A stretch of DNA of 64,000 nucleotides from Bacteroidales bacterium. GTDB lineage: Bacteria; Bacteroidota; Bacteroidia; Bacteroidales; UBA1556. Positions 56,954-64,000 of this stretch are shown here, piece by piece (positions within the stretch are counted from its first letter, which is position 1; the number at the start of each line of letters is the position of its first letter). The DNA is taken from positions 3,779 through 67,778 of the forward strand of contig JAMOQI010000082.1 in assembly GCA_027064095.1 (NCBI GenBank). The letters are read 5' to 3'. A model generated the notes under the pieces. That model saw nothing but the letters and a program-made list of their open reading frames with translations. It was not told the DNA's origin and searched no databases. Made by a program: the position numbers and the translations under genes.

Positions 56954-57793
56954 ATGTTAAAAATATACAAATACATATTATTTTTCCTTGTATTATTTAC
57001 TTTGGGAAGTTGTAGTAAATATCAAACCCTAGTAAAAAAGGGGACACCTGATCAAAAATATAAAGCAGCGTTGAAATACTATGCTAAAGATGATTACTTT
57101 CATGCTCAGCAGTTATTTGATGAGCTGATAGTAATATATAGAGGAACTAATAAATTAGAAAGAATTTATTATCTTTATGCTCAAACATATTATAAGCAAG
57201 GAGACTATATTGTAGCAAGTTATCATTTTAAGTATTTTGCTAAGACATTCCCCAAGAGTCAGTATGCAGAAGAAAGTTTATATCTTAGTGCATACTGTAA
57301 ATATTTGGATTCGCCACCGGATAATCTAGATCAAACCAGTACAAAAGAGGCAATTTCTGATATGCAAATGTTCATAAATCTGTATCCAAATAGCGATAAA
57401 ATAGATGAGGCGAATAAGGTAATGGATGAGTTACGAGCAAAATTAGTAACTAAAGATTTTGATAGTGCTAAACAGTATTATAAAACACAATATTTTAAGG
57501 CAGCAGTTTATGCTTTATCACAGCATATTAAGGACTATCCTGCGAGTCCATACAGGGAGGAGGCTATGTTTTTAATAATTGAAGCAAATTTTGATTTTGC
57601 TTCTAAGAGTATTTATCGTAAGCAGAAAGAAAGATACACTAATGTTATAACAGCTTATAATGATTACATTGCAAGTTATCCTGAAGGGAAATATACAAAA
57701 CAGGCTCATAAATATATGAAGTCTGCCAATAATAGAATTGCGCAAATTGATGCTCAACGAACTAAAAAAATAAACAGAAAGCTAAAAGTATAA
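56954..57793 (+). CDS. bamD: outer membrane protein assembly factor BamD (TPR lipoprotein)
   Basis: Lipobox LFTLGSC, TPR-like repeats, and the conserved bamD-rpoZ-coaBC neighbourhood of Bacteroidota. Confidence 0.8.
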   Translation: MLKIYKYILFFLVLFTLGSCSKYQTLVKKGTPDQKYKAALKYYAKDDYFHAQQLFDELIVIYRGTNKLERIYYLYAQTYYKQGDYIVASYHFKYFAKTFPKSQYAEESLYLSAYCKYLDSPPDNLDQTSTKEAISDMQMFINLYPNSDKIDEANKVMDELRAKLVTKDFDSAKQYYKTQYFKAAVYALSQHIKDYPASPYREEAMFLIIEANFDFASKSIYRKQKERYTNVITAYNDYIASYPEGKYTKQAHKYMKSANNRIAQIDAQRTKKINRKLKV

Positions 57794-57803
57794 ATTATAT
57801 ATT

Positions 57804-58145
57804 ATGATAGATTATAAGAAGATTAAAACAAACACAACAGCAGAAACATTAGACGTTGTTGATTTAGAGAAAGGTACTAATAATATCTATGAATCAATAG
57901 CAATATTGGCTAAAAGAGCAAATCAGATTGGCCTTGAGCTAAAGGAAGAGTTGAATGAAAAAGTGTCGGAGTTTATGATAAATAACGATACTTTAGAAGA
58001 GATTTTTGAGAATCGTGAACAAATAGAAGTTGCACGTTTCTATGAAAGATTGCCAAAGCCAAGTTTACTTGCAATTCATGAATTTCTTCATGACGAGATT
58101 TATCATCGTAATCCGCTAAAAGAAGAAAGAAAAGATAATTTCTAA
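57804..58145 (+). CDS. rpoZ: DNA-directed RNA polymerase subunit omega
   Basis: NIYESIAILAKRANQI core motif; 113 aa; position between bamD and coaBC. Confidence 0.7.
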   Translation: MIDYKKIKTNTTAETLDVVDLEKGTNNIYESIAILAKRANQIGLELKEELNEKVSEFMINNDTLEEIFENREQIEVARFYERLPKPSLLAIHEFLHDEIYHRNPLKEERKDNF

Positions 58146-58154
58146 TATTGTAGT

Positions 58155-59351
58155 ATGCTAAATGCTAAGAATATACTTATTGGGGTAACAGGAAGTATTG
58201 CTGCTTATAAAATACCTATTTTGGTTCGTCTTTTAAAAAAGGCTGGGGCTAATGTTCGTATTATAATGACAGAATCGGCAAAAGACTTTGTTACTCCTTT
58301 AACTCTTAGTACAGTATCTGATAATCCTGTTTACAGTAAGTTTTTTAAAATAGAAACAGGAGAATGGAATAGTCATGTGACATTGGCAGAGTGGGCAGAT
58401 TTATTTCTTATTGCTCCTCTTTCTGCCAATTCCATGGGTAAAATGGTTAATGGAATTGTTGATAATCTATTATTAACAACTTATCTAAGTGCTCGTAGTC
58501 CTGTGATGTTTGCTCCCGCAATGGACTTAGATATGTATAAACATCCTTCTACTAAAAAGAATATTGAAATTCTTAAGTCATGGGGGCATATTATTATTGA
58601 ACCCACCGAAGGGGAGTTAGCTAGTGGATTGTGTGGTGCAGGTAGAATGGAAGAACCGGAAAATATTTTTAGTCGTATTGAAGAATTTTTTGATGATAAT
58701 TCAAAACTAAATGGGAAAAAAGTACTGGTAACTGCAGGTCCTACATACGAAGCTATTGATCCGGTTAGATTTATCGGAAATCATTCTTCTGGTAAAATGG
58801 GATTTGCTCTCGCTGAAGAACTTGCTAATAACGGAGCAGAAGTCTATCTTATAGCAGGTCCGGTAAGTATAGAAACGCCTTCAACTGTCACTAAGAGAAT
58901 TGATGTTACTAATGCAGAGCAAATGTATCAAGCATCCATAGAATTGTTTGAGAATATGGATATTGCCATTATGTCGGCTGCAGTTGCTGATTTCACTCCT
59001 GAAGTAAAGGCCGAGCAGAAAATAAAGAAGGGAGATACTGTCCCTGAAATAAAACTCAAACCTACTACTGATATTCTAAAAACTCTTGGAGAGAGAAAAA
59101 CTGAAGAGCAGTTATTAATTGGGTTTGCACTAGAAACAGAAAATGAAGTGTCTAATGCAGTTTCTAAATTGAAAAGAAAAAATTTGGATTTTATTGTTTT
59201 AAATTCCACTAATGACAAAGGTGCAACTTTTGGTGTCTCAACGAATAAGATTACTATAATTGATAAATTTGAAAATGCTCAAGCATTTGATCTTAAAACA
59301 AAGCAAGAAGTAGCAAAAGATATCGTTAGTAAGATAGAAAGTATTTTATAA
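58155..59351 (+). CDS. coaBC: bifunctional phosphopantothenoylcysteine decarboxylase / phosphopantothenate--cysteine ligase
   Basis: Flavoprotein N-domain GVTGSIAAYK and PAMD(L)DMY, plus CoaB domain LVTAGPTYEAIDPVRFIGNHSSGKMG. Confidence 0.95.
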   Translation: MLNAKNILIGVTGSIAAYKIPILVRLLKKAGANVRIIMTESAKDFVTPLTLSTVSDNPVYSKFFKIETGEWNSHVTLAEWADLFLIAPLSANSMGKMVNGIVDNLLLTTYLSARSPVMFAPAMDLDMYKHPSTKKNIEILKSWGHIIIEPTEGELASGLCGAGRMEEPENIFSRIEEFFDDNSKLNGKKVLVTAGPTYEAIDPVRFIGNHSSGKMGFALAEELANNGAEVYLIAGPVSIETPSTVTKRIDVTNAEQMYQASIELFENMDIAIMSAAVADFTPEVKAEQKIKKGDTVPEIKLKPTTDILKTLGERKTEEQLLIGFALETENEVSNAVSKLKRKNLDFIVLNSTNDKGATFGVSTNKITIIDKFENAQAFDLKTKQEVAKDIVSKIESIL

Positions 59352-60259
59352 TGTTTAGATTTCTAATAATATTTGTCGTTATTTTTACAAGCATAGATTT
59401 GTTTGCACAGGAGTTGAATTGTCAAGTCTCTATTAATTCGCAACAGATACAGGGTGATAAAAGACGATTTACCACTCTCCAAACCGCAGTCTATGAGTTT
59501 ATGAATAGCCGCCAATGGACAAATCGTAAATTCAAACCTGAGGAAAAAATAGAGTGTAGTATATTTATTAGTTTTGATCCTAAAACTTCCGGTGAGATGT
59601 ATTCAGGGACCATTCAAATTCAGTCTCGTCGTCCGGTATTTAATAGTGCTTATAATTCACCAATGTTAAATATTAAAGATAATAATCTTTCCTTTCAATG
59701 GGTGGAATATGATCCTTTGAACTTCGATATTAATACATTCTCTAATAATTTGACATCAGTATTAGCATATTATGCATATTTAATTATTGGTACAGATTTC
59801 GATTCTTATTCTTTACTCGGTGGTACCGAATATTTCAATAATGCACAGACAATTGTAAATACTGCCCAAAGTTCGAATTATCTTGGATGGAAATCTATGG
59901 AATCAGGCGAGAATAATAGATATTGGATTTTGGAGAATATATTAAACTCCAGATATCAAGATTATAGAACTTTTACTTATAATTATCATCGTTTGGCTTT
60001 GGATATTATGTACGATAATTTGGCCAAAGGTAGAGTGGAGGCTTTAAAAGCACTAAAACTATTGGATAAGTTACATAAAATTAAACCAGGCTTGGTAATA
60101 GTAAATTCATTAATGGACGCTAAAGTTGACGAATTTGTTGGTTTATTTACTGGTGGTCAGCCTAATGAAAGAATTCAAGCTAAGAATATTCTGTCTTTGA
60201 TTGATCCTACAAATGCAGGTAGATATAATAAAATGAATCAAGGACAGGGGAAGAAATAA
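59351..60259 (+). CDS. DUF4835-family protein (T9SS-associated in Bacteroidota)
   Basis: Signal peptide, ELNCQVSINS start of the mature protein, and a position directly after coaBC (TAATG overlap). Family assignment is from memory. Confidence 0.65.
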   Translation: MFRFLIIFVVIFTSIDLFAQELNCQVSINSQQIQGDKRRFTTLQTAVYEFMNSRQWTNRKFKPEEKIECSIFISFDPKTSGEMYSGTIQIQSRRPVFNSAYNSPMLNIKDNNLSFQWVEYDPLNFDINTFSNNLTSVLAYYAYLIIGTDFDSYSLLGGTEYFNNAQTIVNTAQSSNYLGWKSMESGENNRYWILENILNSRYQDYRTFTYNYHRLALDIMYDNLAKGRVEALKALKLLDKLHKIKPGLVIVNSLMDAKVDEFVGLFTGGQPNERIQAKNILSLIDPTNAGRYNKMNQGQGKK

Positions 60260-60354
60260 CCATTGTCTCATTTATTATTTTTGATATTTTCCAAAAGTTA
60301 ATAATTCTTCAACTATTTTTATAGTTTTACTACCGATTGAACAAAGATATATCT

Positions 60355-60362
60355 TACTTTTG
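60355..60362 (+). promoter_or_regulatory. candidate -7 box TACTTTTG for tpiA
   Basis: TAnnTTTG match ending 32 nt upstream of ATG 60395. Confidence 0.3.
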
Positions 60363-60394
60363 CTTTTATAATTATAGATTTAAAATATTGAATT

Positions 60395-61153
60395 ATGAGA
60401 TCAAAAATTGTTGCCGGAAATTGGAAAATGAACCTAACTTTTGAGAAAGCTGATGAGTTATTATATCAAATTGGCGAACAACTTGAAAAAGGTGTTCCTC
60501 AAGATGTAGAGCTAATTGTATGCCCTCCATCAGTTTATCTGGAGTTAGCTACGGATTTTGCCCAAGAAGTGGAGTTTAAGGTTGGTTCACAGAATGTTAG
60601 TCAATATTCTAAAGGTGCTTACACCGGCGAAATATCAGCAGAAATGCTTAGCTCTATAGATGTAGATTACTGTATTGTAGGTCATAGTGAGCGTAGAAAA
60701 TATTTTAAAGAAACATCAAAAGAGCTTTCTCTAAAAGTAGAACAGCTGTTAGAATATGGAATTCAACCAATTTTCTGTGTTGGAGAGCTTTTAGAAGAAC
60801 GTGAAAGTGGAAAGCATTTTGACGTATTGAAAAGTCAACTGTCTGAAGGTTTGTTTAACCTATCTGAAAGCGAGTTCTCAAATATTGTTGTAGCTTACGA
60901 GCCTGTTTGGGCTATTGGAACAGGAAAAACTGCTTCTCCTGAGCAAGCACAAGAAGTTCATGCTTTTTTAAGAGGTCTCATCACTGAAAAATATGGCAAA
61001 GAATTAGCTGACGAAACAACTATACTTTATGGTGGTAGCTGTAATGCTCAGAACGCTAAAGAATTGTTTGCACAAAATGATGTAGATGGTGGACTGATAG
61101 GAGGAGCTTCACTTAAACCTATTGACTTTATTGAGATAGCTAAATCTTTCTAA
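60395..61153 (+). CDS. tpiA: triose-phosphate isomerase
   Basis: AGNWKMN, GHSERR, AYEPVWAIGTG, GGASLK. Confidence 0.97.
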   Translation: MRSKIVAGNWKMNLTFEKADELLYQIGEQLEKGVPQDVELIVCPPSVYLELATDFAQEVEFKVGSQNVSQYSKGAYTGEISAEMLSSIDVDYCIVGHSERRKYFKETSKELSLKVEQLLEYGIQPIFCVGELLEERESGKHFDVLKSQLSEGLFNLSESEFSNIVVAYEPVWAIGTGKTASPEQAQEVHAFLRGLITEKYGKELADETTILYGGSCNAQNAKELFAQNDVDGGLIGGASLKPIDFIEIAKSF

Positions 61154-61159
61154 TACATT

Positions 61160-61576
61160 ATGGGAAGAATATTAGCTGTTGATTATGGACAAAAGCGTAT
61201 TGGTTTAGCTGTTACTGATGAGCTTAAAATTGCAGCTCATGCTCTGGATACTATTGCTGTGAAAGATATTCACAACTATATCAGAAAATATGTTCAGCAA
61301 AATGATGTGGAAGCTATAGTTGTTGGTTTACCCACAACACTCGATAATAAGGCATCTGAATCGACACCTTATGTTGAGAATTTTGTTAATTGGCTTGCAA
61401 ATGAATTTCCCGGTATTCCTGTAAAGAGAGTTGATGAGAGGTTTACATCGCAAATGGCGTTTCAAACTATGATTGATAGCGGAATTAGTAAAAAAGCCAG
61501 AAAGAATAAATCTTTAATCGATAAAATTAGTGCAACAATTATTTTGCAATCTTTTTTAGAAACAAAAAACTATTAA
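61160..61576 (+). CDS. ruvX: Holliday junction resolvase-like RuvX (YqgF)
   Basis: ILAVDYGQKRIGLAVTD, VVGLP, DERFTS. Confidence 0.9.
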   Translation: MGRILAVDYGQKRIGLAVTDELKIAAHALDTIAVKDIHNYIRKYVQQNDVEAIVVGLPTTLDNKASESTPYVENFVNWLANEFPGIPVKRVDERFTSQMAFQTMIDSGISKKARKNKSLIDKISATIILQSFLETKNY

Positions 61577-61588
61577 AATATAGACAAT

Positions 61589-62161
61589 ATGATATACCCA
61601 ATTGTAGCTTATGGACATCCTAATCTACGAAAAATAGCTGTAGATATTGATAAGGATTATCCAAACTTGGATAAGTTTATCGAGTCGATGTATGAAAGTA
61701 TGTACGAGTCAAATGGTGTTGGATTGGCTGCGCCTCAGGTAAATAGATCAATACGATTATTTGTTGTTGATGCAACTCCTTTTAGCGATGAAATTCCTGA
61801 GCCAATAGAATTTAAGAGAGTATTCATCAATGCTAAAATTATAGAAAGAACAGGCGATGATTGGGCATTCCAGGAAGGTTGTTTAAGTGTTCCCGGTATC
61901 AATGAAGAAGTAATGCGTCCTGCTAAGATTCGTATTCAATATTATGATGAGAACTGGGAGTTTCATGATGAATATTTTGATGATATTCCAGCACGAATAA
62001 TCCAACATGAATATGATCACCTTGAAGGAATACTATTTGTAGATAGACTTTCTCCATTGAGAAAAACAATTCTTAAAGGGAAATTAATGGATATTGCTAA
62101 GGGTAAAACAAAAGTTAGTTATAGAATGATTTACCCAAAACTAAAAAATAAACGTAAATAA
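61589..62161 (+). CDS. def: peptide deformylase
   Basis: GVGLAAPQV, EGCLSVPG, HEYDHLEG. Confidence 0.95.
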   Translation: MIYPIVAYGHPNLRKIAVDIDKDYPNLDKFIESMYESMYESNGVGLAAPQVNRSIRLFVVDATPFSDEIPEPIEFKRVFINAKIIERTGDDWAFQEGCLSVPGINEEVMRPAKIRIQYYDENWEFHDEYFDDIPARIIQHEYDHLEGILFVDRLSPLRKTILKGKLMDIAKGKTKVSYRMIYPKLKNKRK

Positions 62162-62185
62162 GTTTTCTGATTAAATTTTATTGTA

Positions 62186-62728
62186 ATGAAGAATCTAAGT
62201 TTAATTGTTTTTTTAAGTGTATTAGTATTTTCTTGTAATACTAAGCCAAAGATGCTGACAAAGCAAGATTTAGTAAATGAAATCGATTCTCTTGAATATC
62301 AGATTTATAAATCAGGAGAAGAACTATTGGATAATCGTAAACAGGAGCGTTTGATTGGCGCTTATAAAGATTATGCAAAGAAATTTAGAAGCGACAGCTT
62401 AGCTGCTAAATATTGGTTTAAAGCAGCACAAATCCAGATAAATTTGGGAGAAAGTCTTAATGCTATAAAAACCTTAGATAGTCTAATAGCTAATTATCCT
62501 AAAAATAAATTAACACCATCAGCTCTTCAATTTAAAGCTTTTATTTATGATGATAGATTGGGGAAAATTGATGAAGCACGGGCTACATTAGATGAGTTAA
62601 TAAATAATTTTCCGGAGAGTGAACTTGTTGAGAATGCTAAAGCATATAAAGAAACTTTAGGAAAAAGCCCGGAGGAAATTATTGTGGAAATGGAAGCTAA
62701 GGCTAAAGAAAATAAATCTAAGGAATAA
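62186..62728 (+). CDS. TPR-like lipoprotein
   Basis: Lipobox LVFSC and YbgF-like TPR helices (ANYPKNKLTPSALQFKA, NNFPESELVENAKAY). Confidence 0.6.
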   Translation: MKNLSLIVFLSVLVFSCNTKPKMLTKQDLVNEIDSLEYQIYKSGEELLDNRKQERLIGAYKDYAKKFRSDSLAAKYWFKAAQIQINLGESLNAIKTLDSLIANYPKNKLTPSALQFKAFIYDDRLGKIDEARATLDELINNFPESELVENAKAYKETLGKSPEEIIVEMEAKAKENKSKE

Positions 62729-62765
62729 GAAATATATATTCATCATTTTATTTAAATAATGTAAT

Positions 62766-63323
62766 ATGGATAAAACTTCAGAACAATATGATGCAGCTCT
62801 GAAAATTTGCAGAGATATATTTTATAAAAAAGCCAAAGACTACGGTACAGCATGGCGAATTTTACGTCCTTCAAGTCTTACTGACCAGATTTTTATTAAA
62901 GCTAATAGAATCCGAAGCATAGAGGAAAAAGGAGAGCAACGTATTAATGAAGATATCAAAGATGAATTTATAGCAATAGTGAATTATTCCGTAATGGCTT
63001 TAATTCAAATCAATCATAAACCTACAGGAAGTGATGAAGATATGCATATGCCTGAGGATAAGGTGCTTGAGCTTTATGATAAGTATTCTCTGGAAGCTAA
63101 AGCTTTGATGATGAATAAGAATCATGACTATGGCGAAGCATGGCGTGATATGCGTATTTCTTCCTTAACAGATATTATCTTAATGAAGCTGTATAGACTT
63201 AAGCAAATTGAGGATAATAAGGGTGAAACTTTGATTTCCGAAGGCCCCGAAGGTAGTTATAACGACATGATAAATTATGCAATGTTTGCCTTGATAAAGT
63301 TTTCAGAATTAGAAAATAATTAG
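62766..63323 (+). CDS. DUF1599 domain-containing protein (two tandem copies)
   Basis: Internal duplication: DYGTAWRILRPSSLTDQIFIKANRIRSIE and DYGEAWRDMRISSLTDIILMKLYRLKQIE. Confidence 0.7.
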   Translation: MDKTSEQYDAALKICRDIFYKKAKDYGTAWRILRPSSLTDQIFIKANRIRSIEEKGEQRINEDIKDEFIAIVNYSVMALIQINHKPTGSDEDMHMPEDKVLELYDKYSLEAKALMMNKNHDYGEAWRDMRISSLTDIILMKLYRLKQIEDNKGETLISEGPEGSYNDMINYAMFALIKFSELENN

Positions 63324-63348
63324 TCATAAACCTATATTTTAAAAAATT

Positions 63349-64000
63349 ATGATTAGAGATAATGCTTTTACAAATGATGCTAAAAATGAATCAAAATTAA
63401 TAAGTTGGTTTTTACTTTTGTTAAATCTTATATCAGCATTTTTAATTTCAAAAATTGATGATTATAGCTTTTGGTTTTTATCACTCTTGTTGGTGAATAT
63501 GGTATTATCAATTGTGTTTGCCAGGAAAATTAATAAAGCTGTTTTGAATATCTCAAGGCTTTTATTGGGTTTGCTTTTTATTTATTCAGGTTTTGTAAAA
63601 GGAGTAGATCCACTTGGTACACAATTCAAAATTGAAGACTATTTCTTTGCTTATGGTATGGCATGGGCAGCACCTTTAGCTCTTATTCTATCAGTATTGA
63701 TGAATGCTCTGGAGTTTTCTATGGGAGCATTATTCTTTCTTAAAGTAAAAACAAAATGGGTGAGTTTAATATCGCTATTTGTAATGTTATTCTTTACTTT
63801 AACGACATTATATGATGCGCTTTATAGTCCTGTTCCTGATTGCGGTTGCTTTGGTGATGCTCTGATTATTACCAATTGGCAGACATTCTATAAAAATTTA
63901 GTAATCAATTCATTTGTTTTAATTGTATTTATTCGTCGTTTTGATTTTAAAGAATACTCTTCAAAGGTGATTGAGTATGCAACTCTGGCAATTGTAGTAT
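63349..64000 (+). CDS. DoxX/MauE-like (BT_3928-family) membrane protein, 3'-truncated by the window edge
   Basis: ATG at 63349 with the frame open to the end of the window. Multiple TM helices, GFVKGVDPLG and PDCGCFGD motifs. Absent from the ORF track because it is incomplete. Confidence 0.65.
   Translation, partial: MIRDNAFTNDAKNESKLISWFLLLLNLISAFLISKIDDYSFWFLSLLLVNMVLSIVFARKINKAVLNISRLLLGLLFIYSGFVKGVDPLGTQFKIEDYFFAYGMAWAAPLALILSVLMNALEFSMGALFFLKVKTKWVSLISLFVMLFFTLTTLYDALYSPVPDCGCFGDALIITNWQTFYKNLVINSFVLIVFIRRFDFKEYSSKVIEYATLAIVV

Noticed and set aside
61682-61711. Tandem ESMY-ESMY-ES duplication (12-nt unit) inside def
   Set aside because: It is in frame, lies in a variable loop before the GVGLAAPQ motif, and the codons already differ between copies. 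It is a minor old slippage event of no evident consequence.
1-64000. Window-wide check for CRISPR arrays, tRNA/rRNA genes, IS elements, integrases, toxin-antitoxin pairs and restriction-modification or other defence genes
   Set aside because: None of the long non-coding stretches (860-1377, 13952-14426, 28411-28897, 45578-45979, 54311-54838, 56516-56953) shows periodic repeats, a cloverleaf-type structure or terminal inverted repeats. No ORF carries transposase, recombinase or nuclease-defence motifs. This was visual inspection only, so tRNAscan, Infernal or a repeat finder could still reveal small elements.

Overview
The window is visibly AT-rich and densely coding. I infer it is chromosomal DNA from a non-flagellated member of Bacteroidota. 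Support for that: several secreted proteins end in type A or type B T9SS C-terminal sorting domains, GWxTD, DUF4835 and Omp28-related proteins are present, and many genes are preceded by the TAnnTTTG -7 promoter box. Most of the window is ordinary core genome: trxB, mltG, dapF, thrS-infC-rpmI-rplT, parE, deoC, rmuC, tsaD, bamD-rpoZ-coaBC, and tpiA-ruvX-def. I found no rRNA, tRNA, CRISPR array, transposase, integrase or recognisable phage or defence gene. The most interesting locus is a tightly packed seven-gene minus-strand operon at 38894-45577. It joins a chemotaxis-type methylation module (an intact CheR, a degenerate CheR paralogue, and a CheB without a receiver domain) to a SiaA/SiaB/SiaC-type partner-switch. 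The partner-switch consists of a membrane HAMP-like/GAF/coiled-coil/PAS/PP2C phosphatase, a small HATPase-like kinase and a DUF1987 phosphoprotein. The window contains no CheA, CheW, MCP or diguanylate cyclase. No convincing terminator separates this operon from a 1010-aa ABCG-type transporter with large extra domains. Secondary loci of interest: (1) a divergent cluster of three extracytoplasmic CxxC thioredoxin-fold proteins plus a DUF6029 beta-barrel at 11927-17543; (2) a membrane-associated double sulfotransferase cluster containing an unlisted 47-aa mini-ORF at 30412-34095; (3) a double-receiver/PPDK_N protein followed by a 528-nt gene-free region that holds an orphan promoter and terminator; (4) a thioredoxin with an expanded active-site motif; (5) infC starting at ATA behind a perfect AGGAGG; (6) a perfect 18-bp tandem repeat in a divergent promoter. 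All functional calls come from reading motifs by eye. No database search was run.
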